This document shows, one piece after another, positions 51,184-62,313 of a stretch of 64,000 nucleotides of DNA (positions within the stretch are counted from its first letter, which is position 1; every line of letters begins with the position of its first letter). The notes under the pieces were generated by a model. That model saw nothing but the letters and a program-made list of their open reading frames with translations. It was not told the origin of the DNA and ran no database searches. This DNA is from Octopus sinensis (Eukaryota): NCBI RefSeq assembly GCF_006345805.1, contig NC_043024.1, positions 10,106,001-10,170,000 of the forward strand, written 5' to 3'. Made by a program: the position numbers and the translations under genes.

Positions 51184-51366
51184 GCCTAAGGTACCATGCA
51201 TCGGAACTGATCCCAGGACCTTGTAGTGGGGAAGTAAATTTCTTCCTGCAGGGCCACAATTTAATGATGATGATGAGGTTGTTGTATCAGAAAGGGTCTG
51301 TTGTTCTCCCCTGCCATCTAACCAAGTACCAGTAATTGAATCAGGGACTAAGGGAATTAAACTCAC

Positions 51367-51455
51367 CGGAAAGCCAATAGAGCACAGGAAGTTTGCCAAA
51401 TTCAGATTTCGCAGGTAAATAAATACCGAATTTCATTTCACATTTCAATTCAGAA
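51367..51455 (-). CDS. ESD: ESD exon 2: (S)[29 protein letters not shown](G)
   Basis: Aligns to [29 protein letters not shown]. Flanked by ttttcag and gtgagt. Confidence 0.93.
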
Positions 51456-51471
51456 CTGAAAAGAGAATTTG

Positions 51472-51975
51472 ATTGATAGATGGACAGACGGACAAATGAA
51501 TAGATAGATGAATAGACAGATAGACAGACAGACAGGCAGACAGACACACAGACATGAATAGATAGATAGACAGTCAGATAGATAGAAAGATAGCTAGCTA
51601 GATAGATAGGTAGACAGACAGACAAATGGATGGATGGATGGATGGACAGACAGATGGACGGACAGACAGATAGATAAAAAAATAGATAGATAGATGGATG
51701 GATGGATAGACAGATAGATAGATAGACAGACAGACAGACATGAATAGATAGACAGTTAGATAGAAAGAGAGATAGATAGACAGACAGACAGACAGATAGA
51801 TAGACAGACAGATAGAAAGACAGACAGATAGAAAGACAGACAGACAGAAAGACAGATAGAAAGAAAGACAGATCGATATAAAGACAGATAGATATAGACA
51901 CACAGATAGACAGAGATAGACAGATAGATAAACAGATGGATAGACAGATAGACAGGTAGATGGATAGATTGATGG
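51472..51975. repeat. (AGAT/AGAC)n tetranucleotide tract next to the ESD exon 2 acceptor
   Basis: Seen directly in the sequence. Confidence 0.9.
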
Positions 51976-52481
51976 AGAGGAGAGAAACAGGTGTGTCTCC
52001 TTTTCTTGACTCCATGCGCTAGTCCTAAAATGGGTGCCCCTGTCATACAAGCAGTGTCCTTCACTCCCAATATACTGCAGAAACATGTCTGACCATGGGG
52101 AAATATTACCTTGTTTGGAAACAAGTGAGAGTTTGTGACAGGAAGGGCACCCAGTCGCAGAAAATCTGCCTCCAATAAACCGCAAGGTGGACACTGAATG
52201 ATAATGATGAATAAAGAATGAACCTGACTTTTATTAAAGTACTTCGCATAGATGTTTGTTACCGCTGGGGATAATGGTGAACCAATTGCTATGCCTGCGA
52301 AGTGCTGATAAATTACGTTTCAATCTGGAAACAAAGAATTCTTCGGCTCGGTCTTAATATCTCGTTGAGGTTTTCAAACGGTATTTAGTGTGTACATGAT
52401 TATTATCGTTGAAATAGGTAAGAAGAAAAACAGGTAAAAGAGAGAAGCAGGAAAAACAAAAGAAGGAAGGGTGTTGTTTAC

Positions 52482-52552
52482 CTGGAATGTTTGAAGACTT
52501 TCTGGAAGCCTCCAAAACATTTGTTCGATGATACCTGTTCAAGATTACTCAT
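52482..52552 (-). CDS. ESD: ESD first coding exon: MSNLEQVSSNKCFGGFQKVFKHS
   Basis: SSNKCFGGxQKVF motif; donor AG|gtaaac. An acceptor (ttttgtcag) 22 nt upstream of the ATG implies an upstream non-coding exon. Confidence 0.92.
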
Positions 52553-53721
52553 TATTACTTTCAAACTAAGAAACCTGACAAAAGTAGAAAAGAAACAACA
52601 GAATGCATGAAAATTCAAGGAATAATGAGAGCAGCCAAGTCATTTAACTATATATATATACATACAGCATATTGTGTGTGTATATCTGTACGCATACATA
52701 CATATACATAAATACATACACACATACACACACACACACACATACATACATTCATGCATGCATACATACATAAATACATACATACATACATACGTATGTA
52801 TGTATATATACGTCCCCGTAACTTAGCGGTTCGGCAAAAGAGACCAATAGAATAAGTACTGGGCTTACAAAGAATAAGTCCCGGAGTCGATTTGCTCGAC
52901 TAAAGGCGGTGCTCCAGCATGGCCGCAGTCAAATGACTGAAACAAGTAAAAGAGTAAAGAGTAAGAGTCTATTGAGGTAAAAAAAACATTCTGTGCCGTA
53001 TGAAAATGTCCCTCGTTTAAGAAACAGATTAGGTTTATTTACATTTGTGAAGAAAAAAGGATACCCTTCCCCCCACCCCTAACCCTAACCCTAACCCTAA
53101 AAGAGATTGAAATGCAATAGATCGATACTAGGGTCATAATTATGGGTGACAATTTCATATGACACCGCTAGAAAAACTGCCGGTCAAACCGAAAAGATCC
53201 CTAACCCTAACCAACCCTAACCCTAAAACAGATTGAAATGCAATAGATCGATACTAGGGTCATAATTATGGGTGACAATTTCATATGACACTGCTAGAAA
53301 AAACTGCCGTTCAAACGGAAAAGATCCCAGCTCGGAGCTAGAAAAACAAATCTTCTTTTGAATAGCGTTAAAGGGTTAAAGAAACCACGACCACCACCAC
53401 TATACAGCGGGGAGGGTTGCTGATGTTAATCCTTAAGCATTCAGATTACTCAGTCAAATGCAATACTCATATAAATTACATTGCTTTGAATTCATCATGC
53501 ATTATTTTGGAGCTTAGATCTTTTGATGAGGTTACTGTTAATTTTCGTAATGATATGGTAGGGTTGGTATTTAATCAACCATGCTAACAGGTTGATGGTG
53601 TTACCACAGCCCGTTTTCCCAGTGAGTAAACATCTAGAGCAGAGGTTTTCAACCAGGGTTCTGCGAGCCAGTGGAATGTTTCCATGGGGTTCCGCTCCCG
53701 CAAAAAGGTTGAAAAGCACTA

Positions 53722-53789
<68 letters not shown>

Positions 53790-53867
53790 ATAAATATTAG
53801 GGAATAAATCCAAATTTACATGGAAAATCAGATTTAGGATTGAATCCAATTTTATAGTAAAATATTA

Positions 53868-54157
53868 TATAATATTAATAGAGACAAAACCACTATTTTG
53901 CAAATCAAACAAAGAAGACTTAATCCAATACATAAAAAAATTTTAATATAAATTAAATAAAATTATATTCGCCACTACAATTGTTTCATGTCTCTTCTCA
54001 GGACATTCATCAGGTGGATTTCAGATGAATGTCCTGAGAAGAGACATGAAACAATTGTAGTGGCGAATATAATTTTATTTAATTTATATTAAACTTTTTT
54101 ATGTATTGGATTAAGTCTTTCTTTGTTTGATTTGCAAAATAGTGGTTTTGTCTCTAA

Positions 54158-54168
<11 letters not shown>
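53868..54168. other. ~300-bp palindrome with ~12-nt loop
   Basis: Arms ...ggacattcatc / gatgaatgtcc..., pairing outward to aatattaatagagacaa / ttgtctctaattaatatt. Confidence 0.92.
53972..54017 (-). ncRNA. Type I hammerhead ribozyme
   Basis: Reverse complement reads CCAC-CUGAUGA-AUGUC-cugagaaga-GACAU-GAAAC-AAUU-GUA-GUGG. Stems I and II are perfect, the core is complete, and loop III is palindromic. Confidence 0.88.
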
Positions 54169-54200
<32 letters not shown>

Positions 54201-54744
54201 TGGTTTTCAACCAGGGTTCCGCCAGTACAGTCCAGGGGTTCCGCAAGAAGTTACAAAACTGCTAAAATCGGCAGTAATTTTAAAGTCTCCTGTGCAGATA
54301 TGTGTGCATAAGACTATTAAATTATTGCAGAGGGGTTCCTCGAGCCAGTGGAATGTTTCCTTGGGGTTCCGCTCCAGCAAAAAGGTTGAAAAGCACTGAT
54401 CTAGAGATTCATGGGGTATATGACACAATAAACAGCTTAGAAAGTACGGTGTTTTATCAACTTTAATTAGGTTACTAATTATAATTTATGCCAGCTGATA
54501 CAAAGACTGTCTGTCTTATCTGTGACAAAGTATTTACACAGAGTCAGTCTACCTGTCATATACAATAGATCTCCTTTAAGTCTGACATTTTCACAGCCTT
54601 TTTTTTACTTGGAGAGGAAGGTAAGAAAGAAGGGGATTTTTCACTGCCACCACCAGCACCACCACCAGTAAATTTATTGAAAGGAGGAGGAGTAGAAGGA
54701 GCAGAGCAATGACAGACCAAGTGAAAAGGCTTATAGTACTAAGG

Positions 54745-56170
54745 GCGGAAGGCGGTGAGCTGGCAGAAGCGTTAGCACGCCGGGCGAAATGCTTAGCGGT
54801 ATTTCGTCTGTCGCTACGTTCTGAGTTCAAATTGTTTATCCTCTCTGTGTTTAGCCCCTTGTGGGTAGTAAAGAAATAGGTATTTCGTCTGCCGTTACGT
54901 TGTGAGTTCAAATTCCACTGAGGTCGACTTTGCCTTTCATCCTTTCGGGGTCGATAAATTAAGTACCAGTTACGCACTGGGGTCGATATAATCGACTTAA
55001 TCCGTTTGTCTGTCCTTGTTTGTCCTCTCTGTGTTTAGCCCCTTGTGGGTAGTAAAGAAATAGGTATTTCGTCTGCCGTTACGTTGTGAGTTCAAATTCC
55101 ACTGAGGTCGACTTTGCCTTTCATCCTTTTGGGGTCAATTAAATAAGTACCAGTTACACACTGGGGTCAATATAATTGACTTAATCCGTTTGTCTGTCCT
55201 TGTTTGTCCTCTCTGTGTTTAGCCCCTTGTGGGTAGTAAAGAAATAGGTATTTCGTCTGCCGTTACGTTGTGAGTTCAAATTCCACTGAGGTCGACTTTG
55301 CCTTTCATCCTTTTGGGGTCAATTAAATAAGTACCAGTTACACACTGGGGTCGATATAATCGACTTAATCCGTTTGTCTGTCCTTGTTTGTCCTCTCTGT
55401 GTTTAGCCCCTTGTGGGTAGTAAAGAAATAGGTATTTCGTCTGCCGTTACGTTGTGAGTTCAAATTCCACTGAGGTCGACTTTGCCTTTCATCCTTTCGG
55501 GGTCGATTAAATAAGTACCAGTTACGCACTGGGGTCGATATAATCGACTTAATCCGTTTGTCTGTCCTTGTTTGTCCTCTCTGTGTTTAGCACCTTGTGG
55601 GTAGTAAAGAAATAGGTATTTCGTCTGCCGTTACGTTGTGAGTTCAAATTCCACTGAGGTCGACTTTGCCTTTCATCCTTTCGGGGTCGATTAAATAAGT
55701 ACCAGTTACGCACTGGGGTCAATATAATTGACTTAATCCGTTTGTCTGTCCTTGTTTGTCCTCTCTGTGTTTAGCCCCTTGTGGGTAGTAAAGAAATAGG
55801 TATTTCGTCTGCCGTTACGTTGTGAGTTCAAATTCCACTGAGGTCGACTTTGCCTTTCATCCTTTCGGGGTCGATTAAATAAGTACCAGTTACGCACTGG
55901 GGTCAATATAATTGACTTAATCCGTTTGTCTGTCCTTGTTTGTCCTCTCTGTGTTTAGCCCCTTGTGGGTAGTAAAGAAATAGGTATTTCGTCTGCCGTT
56001 ACGTTCTGAGTTCAAATTCCACTGAGGTCGACTTTGCCTTTCATCCTTTCGGGGTCGATAAATTAAGTACCAGTTACGCACTGGGGTCGATATAATCGAC
56101 TTAATCCGTTTGTCTGTCCTTGTTTGTCCCCTCTGTGTTTGGCCCCTTGTGGGTAGTAAAGAAATAGGTA
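54745..56170 (+). repeat. SINE-B tandem array (one head, a truncated unit, 7 x 184 bp)
   Basis: Junction aaataggtatttcgtc at 54880, 55064, 55248 ... 56168. Confidence 0.9.
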
Positions 56171-56789
56171 TTTCGTCCTCCTTTATGGTCTGATTTGAAA
56201 TTTTACCGAATAAATTTTGTAAAGAAAAAAAAATAATTAACCAAAGTTATAAAGAAAATGCTGAACAGGAATATTAAAGCGAGTTTAGTATTCGATCAGT
56301 GGTTTATTTTATCGACATCGTATGGGCAAAATGGAAAGCTGACCTTGACAGAATATTTAAAAAAAAATATAGCTAGAGGTATTTATCTGGGGTTGATAAA
56401 ATAGCGATTCTTCCAACGTCTGCGAGAATGTTTAATTGAATATTTAGAATCTCAGTTAAATACTGAGATTTGAGTTATTTATTATACACATATGGTGCTC
56501 AAAACAAGTGAGAGGTGGGGGAAACGGTCGTTTCCGTTAGAAACAGAGAGAGAAACCCGATAAACCCTAAACTAAATACTATAAGGGGTTTAAAGTCCAA
56601 CTACTACGCTATAAATCAGTCTAGCTCATTCACTAAAAACTAACGGTTAACATTTTATAGGCCGCAAACCGACGAAGCCTGCTAAATATACCACCCCAAA
56701 ATCATCGCAGGACGTGTTAGATAATATGATCTTGTTTGCTGTACATAAGAGAAAGATAATTAAGGGTCGGAACGTTTTTGGTTTATAGG

Positions 56790-59540
56790 CTGTACGTATA
56801 AAAGCGTGATGTAAGCCGGTTCACAGACGTATTTAACGGGGGTCGATTTGGGGCTTATTAATTTGTTACACCACGATAATATTGATAATTAAACTGTGTA
56901 AATAATTAAATACTTAATATAGTTAGCGTTTTTTCTTCTACACGAGCAGAGGAAGTTAATATATAAAAAGATACAGAGAAATAAAGGAACTGTATGCCGG
57001 TTCATAGATGTATTTAACCGGGGTCGATTTGGGGCTTATAAATTATTTACACCAAGATAATATTGATAATTAAACTGTGTAAATAATTAAACACTTAATA
57101 TAGTTAGCGTTTTTCTTCTACACGAGCAGAGGAAGTTAATATATAAAAAGATACAGAGAAATAAAGGAACTGTATGCTGGTTCATAGATGTATTTAACCG
57201 GGGTTGATTTGGGGCTTATAAATTTGTTACACCAAGATAATATTGATAATTAAACTCTGTAAATAACACAACGTAACAATTTTCGGATCTTTTGGGTTTG
57301 AACGGCAGTTTTTAACATAATTTCTAGGTAACTAAAAAATGTTAAACTTTGTATACTGGTAGAATGTGTTTATAAAACATCTTTTTCTCTTGGCTTTATT
57401 GAGAAAATTCTATAGATTGTAAGATATTTGTTGGTGTGTTTATGTCCCCGTCACTTACAAAGAATAAGTGCTGGGGTCGAGTTGCTGGATTAAAGGTGGT
57501 GCTCCAGCATGGCTGCAGTCAAATGACTGAAACAAGTAAAAGAGAGAGAGTATGTGTTACATTGTGTAATTTGATCTTGTTTGCTGTACATAACAGAAAG
57601 ATAATTAGGGTCGGAACGTTTTTGGTTTATAGGCTGTACATATAAAAGCGTGATGTAAGCCGGTTCATAGATGTATTTAACCGGGGTTGACTTGGGGCTT
57701 ATAAATTTGTTACACCAAGATAATATTGACAATTAAACAGAGGAATCTTTTCATTTTGAACGGCAGACGTCAACACAATTTCTAGTTAACTAAACACTTT
57801 TAAACTTCGTATAGTGGTAGAATGTGTTCATAAAACATCTTTTTCTCTTGGCTTTATTGAGAAAATTCTATAGTTTGTAAGATATTTTGTCTGAAAATCC
57901 GAGCATTTCGGCAATTTTAACCAATCGATTACCTCCATTCAACTAAAATTATTTGCTGCGTCTAAAACTGAGACAACATCCTGTAACTAACCCTAAACCT
58001 AACCCTAACCCTAAATTTTTTTTCTTAATTGTTAAATTAATTTAATTCCATTGCTTTAGTTTTTTTTTACTCGCGTAACAATTAAATTAATTTAACAAGT
58101 AAGAAAAAAAAATTTAGAGTTAGGGGGTAGGTTTAGGGTTAGTTACAGGATGTTGTCTCAGTTTTAGACGCAGCAAATGATTTTAGCTCAAAAGAGAGCA
58201 TAGGATTGGTTAAAATTCGAAAAATTAAACTACGTTAAACAAACAAATTACAGTTTTCTCAAGAAAACCAAGAGAAAAAAATGTTTTATTTTGACACATT
58301 CTACCAGTATATGAAGTTTTAAAGAGTTTAGTTAACTAGAAATTGTGTTGAAATCTGGCCTTCAAAAGGAAAAGATTTTAAAATGTTTTATTTTTACACA
58401 TTCTACCAGTATACGAAGTTTTAAAGTGTTTAGTTAACTAGAAATTGTGTTGAAATCTGGCCTTGAAAAGGAAAAGATCCAAAAAGGTTTTATTTTGACA
58501 CATTCTACCAGTATACGAAGTTTTAAAGTGTTTAGCTAACTAGAAATTGTTGAAATCTGGCCTTGAAAAGGAAAGGATCCAAAAATGTTTTATTTTGACA
58601 CATTCTACCAGTATACGAAGTTTTAAAATGTTTAGTTAACTAGAAATTGTGTTGAAATCTGGCCTTGAAAAGGAAAAGATCCAAATTGTGTAAATAATTA
58701 AACACTTAATATAGTTAGCGTTTTTCTTCTACACGGGCAGAGGAAGTTAATATATAAAAAGATACAGAGAAATAAAGGAACTGTATGCCGGTTCATAGAT
58801 GTATTTAACCGGGGTTGATTGGGGTTTATAAATTTGTTACACCAAGATAATATTGATAATTAAACTGTGTAAATAATTAAATACTTAATATAGTTAGCGT
58901 TTTTCTTCTACACGAGCAGAGGAAGTTAATATATAAAAAGATACAGAGAAATAAAGGAACTGTATGCCGGTTCACAGATGTATTTAACGGGGTTGATTTG
59001 GGGCTTATAAATTTGTTACACCACGATAATATTCACAATTAAACTGTGTAAATAATTAACCCTTTAGTGTTTAAACTGGCCAAATCCGGCCCAATATATT
59101 CTACATATTTTATATTCAAACTGGCCATATCCAACCTCTCACACCTAACCTACATTGACAGTCTAAAAATAAACAATCACATCATTGAAACCTCAAAGCT
59201 ATGAGATAATGCATGATTAATTAAAAACAATTTAAATAAAAAAGCATTATATTTAACAGTAATCTGAACACTAAAGGGTTAAACACTTAATATAATTAGC
59301 GTTTTTCTTCTACACAAGCAGAGGAAGTTAATATATAGAAAGATACAGAGAAATAAAGGAACTGTATGCCGGTTCATAGATGTATTTAACCGGGGTTGAT
59401 TTGGGGCTTATAAATTTGTTACACCAAGATAATATTGATAATTAAACTGTGTAAATAATTAAACACTTAATATAGTTAGTGTTTTTCTTCTACACAGGCA
59501 GAGGAAGTTAATATATAAAAAGATACAGAGAAATAAAGGG
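56790..59540. repeat. AT-rich ~180-bp satellite-like units interrupted by MITEs
   Basis: attgataattaaact recurs at 56881, 57062, 57242 and again at 58.7-59.5 kb. Confidence 0.85.
57742..58682. mobile_element. Fold-back relative of the GGATC MITE with long inverted arms; right end tandemly repeated
   Basis: Arms contain gcgtctaaaactgagacaacatcctgtaactaaccctaa and its reverse complement. ~102-bp end repeats at 58380-58682. Confidence 0.75.
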
Positions 59541-60009
59541 TCAATTAAGAGCTTAATTACGTACCTGCGTCCAAAGGAAAAAGTTTCGAACTTAGGAAAG
59601 CTAGGTGCGTTAGAAACAACAGGACCTTCCCATTTGTCTCTCTTGCCTTGTCACATGTCTTTTCTTTTGTGACCAACCAATGAGATACCCTTGCTAGAAA
59701 TAGCTCCTAAATTTCATTCAAATTAGAGTGCAAATAACCGCTCCACTAGTTTTCGCTTTGGTTGTTTGTAATTTAGAATAAAAATTACCATGGTTCAATT
59801 AGTAAATAGGTTAACATTGACATTCATGCAAGTGCAATGTGGGTCTATCGTGTACCTTGACTACGAACTGGTATTTATCTTCATTGTGTCTGAACATTCT
59901 TCTAGCGTCCTATTATAGACCTCTTTCTATACTCTGCATTTTATGCACACACATACACTTTGTATACATGACGGCCTATTCTTTTATTCTTTTATTCTTT
60001 TATTCTTTT

Positions 60010-60225
60010 ATTCTTTTACTTGTTTCAGTCATTTGACTGCGGTCGTGCTGGAGCACCGCCTTTTTTTAGTCGAGCAAATCGACCCTGGGACTTATTCTTT
60101 GTAAGCCCAGTACTTATTCTATCGGTCTCTTTTGCCGAACTGCTAAGTGACGGGGATGTAAACACCGGTTGCATCGGTTGTCAAGCAATGCTAGGGGGAC
60201 AAACACAGACATACACACACACATT

Positions 60226-60273
<48 letters not shown>

Positions 60274-61172
60274 CGACAGGCTTCTTTCAGTTTCCGTCTA
60301 CCAAATCCACTCACAAGGCATTGGTCGGCCTGAGGCTATAGTAGAAGACACTTGCCCAAGGTGCCACGCAGTGGGACTGAACCCGGAACCATGTGGTTGG
60401 TAAACAAGCTACTTACCACACGATGGGCTTCTTTCAGTTTCCGTCTACCAAATCCACTCAAAAGGCTTTGGTCGGCCCGGGGCTATAGCAGAAGACACTT
60501 GCCCAAGATGCCATGCAGTGGGACCGAACCCGGAACCATGTGGTTGGTAAACAAGCTACTTACCACACGATGGGCTTCTTTCAGTTTCTGTCTACCAAAT
60601 CCACCCAAAAGGCTTTGGTCGGCCCGGGGCTATAGCAGATGACACTTGCCCAAGATGCCACACAGTGGGACCGAACCCAGAACCATGTGGTTGGTAAACA
60701 AGCTACTTACCACACGATGGGCTTCTTTCAGTTTCTGTCTACCAAATCCACCCAAAAGTCTTTGGTCGGCCCGAGGCTATAGCAGAAGACACTTGTCCAA
60801 GATGCCACGCAGTGGGACCGAACCCGGAACCATGTGGTTGGTAAACAAGCTACTTACCACACGATGGGCTTCTTTCAGTTTCTGTCTACCAAATCCACCC
60901 AAAAGTCTTTGGTCGGCCCGAGGCTATAGCAGAAGACACTTGTCCAAGATGCCACGCAGTGGGACCGAACCCAGAACCATGTGGTTGGTAAACAAGCTAC
61001 TTACCACACGATGGGCTTCTTTCAGTTTCTGTCTACCAAATCCACCCAAAAGTCTTTGGTCGGCCCAAGGCTATAGCAGAAGACACTTGTCCAAGATGCC
61101 ACGCAGTGGGACCGAACCCAGAACCATGTGGTTGGTAAACAAGCTACTTACCACACAGCCACTCCTGCGCCT
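60010..61172 (-). repeat. SINE-A whose head segment is amplified to 6 x 147 bp
   Basis: gatgggcttctttcag at 60422, 60569, 60716, 60863 and 61010. Confidence 0.9.
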
Positions 61173-61628
61173 ATTATTATGTCTATTATTATGTTAACAT
61201 GTCTTATGTTAACATAAGTAGAATCCTTCTCTTATACATTCTACATTCTATATGTGACACACAGACACACATGTTAACATATAAATAAAATCTTCTCTTA
61301 TACATTCTACCGGTTGTGTCTCTCTTTTCCTTCTGGCACTTTTACTCATTCATACTTTTCATATTTATTATAGTCGACCGTGTGGTGTACTAAAGGAGCC
61401 ATCCTCGTCACCTCTCCTTTGTACGGTCCTGTGTAACACATCTGATATACAGGACGGACATATATCCTTGGCGTCCAAGCCTCATATACGATTCACATTC
61501 TCAAATTTTTTCAACTACCAGAGTAACTTGAGACTTATGAAAGCAAAGGTTTATATAACTCAGAACATTTGAAACAAGGGCTATCTAAAAAAGCTCCAGA
61601 ACAGTGATGGAGGTTTAGGATAAATTTA

Positions 61629-62049
61629 GGATCTTTTCGGTTTGAAGGGCAGTTTTTAAAAATAATTTCCACGTAACTAAACACTTTTAAACTTCGTATA
61701 CTGGTAGAATGTGTTTATAAAAATCTTTTTCTCTTGGCTTTATTGAGAAAATTCTATAGTTTGTAAAATATTTGTTGCTTTTTTCCTTCAATTTCTGCAA
61801 TTTCAACCAATCAATGACGTCTATTGAGGTGAAAACATTCTGTGCCGTATGAATATGTCCCTCGTTTAAGAAACAGACTGGGTTTATTTACATTTGCGAA
61901 GAAAAAAAGATACCCTTTCCCCACCCCTAACCCTAACTAACCCTAACCCTAAAACAGATTGAATGCAATAGAGCGATACTAGGGTCATAATTATGGGTGA
62001 CAATTTCATATGAAGCTAGAAAAAACTGCCGTTCAAACAGAAAAGATCC
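61629..62049. mobile_element. GGATC MITE inserted in the low-copy repeat
   Basis: Flanks taaattta / caaatttc. The empty site ggacaaatttatgaaaatgc is at ~24254. Confidence 0.85.
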
Positions 62050-62313
62050 CAAATTTCTGAAAATGCTTTGGACAGGCAAAGAGTTAATGTCACAGATAGC
62101 CTCACTGTGAAAATATACTTTGAGTAACATAATAAACTGAGGATCTATTCCCTTTGAACGGTAGATCGAGAAATTAATTTTTTGTAACTAAACACTTTCA
62201 AACTTCGTATAGTGGTAGAAAGTGTCATATAAAACATCTTTTACTCTTAGCGTTTTTGAGAACGTGGAAATAACTACAAATATAATGTATTGTGTCTGAC
62301 CCACGTAACACTT

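Larger units (their letters stand above)
53640..54398. mobile_element. Composite unit: MITE (53640-53721), (TA)n, hammerhead palindrome, (TA)n, MITE (54198-54398)
   Basis: One TSD, ATCTAGAG, at 53632-53639 and 54399-54406, lies outside both MITE copies. Confidence 0.8.

Noticed and set aside
53078-53227. (CCCTAA)n as an interstitial telomere or fusion site
   Set aside because: Only 2-4 units, always at the same internal position of the GGATC MITE.
54745-56170. Regularly spaced repeats resembling a CRISPR array (also 48-1990, 29440-30330, 36404-36960)
   Set aside because: Units are contiguous with no unique spacers, derive from SINEs or minisatellites, have no cas genes, and sit in eukaryotic context.
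60352-61197. ORFs with 49-aa repeats
   Set aside because: Product of the 147-bp SINE-A array.
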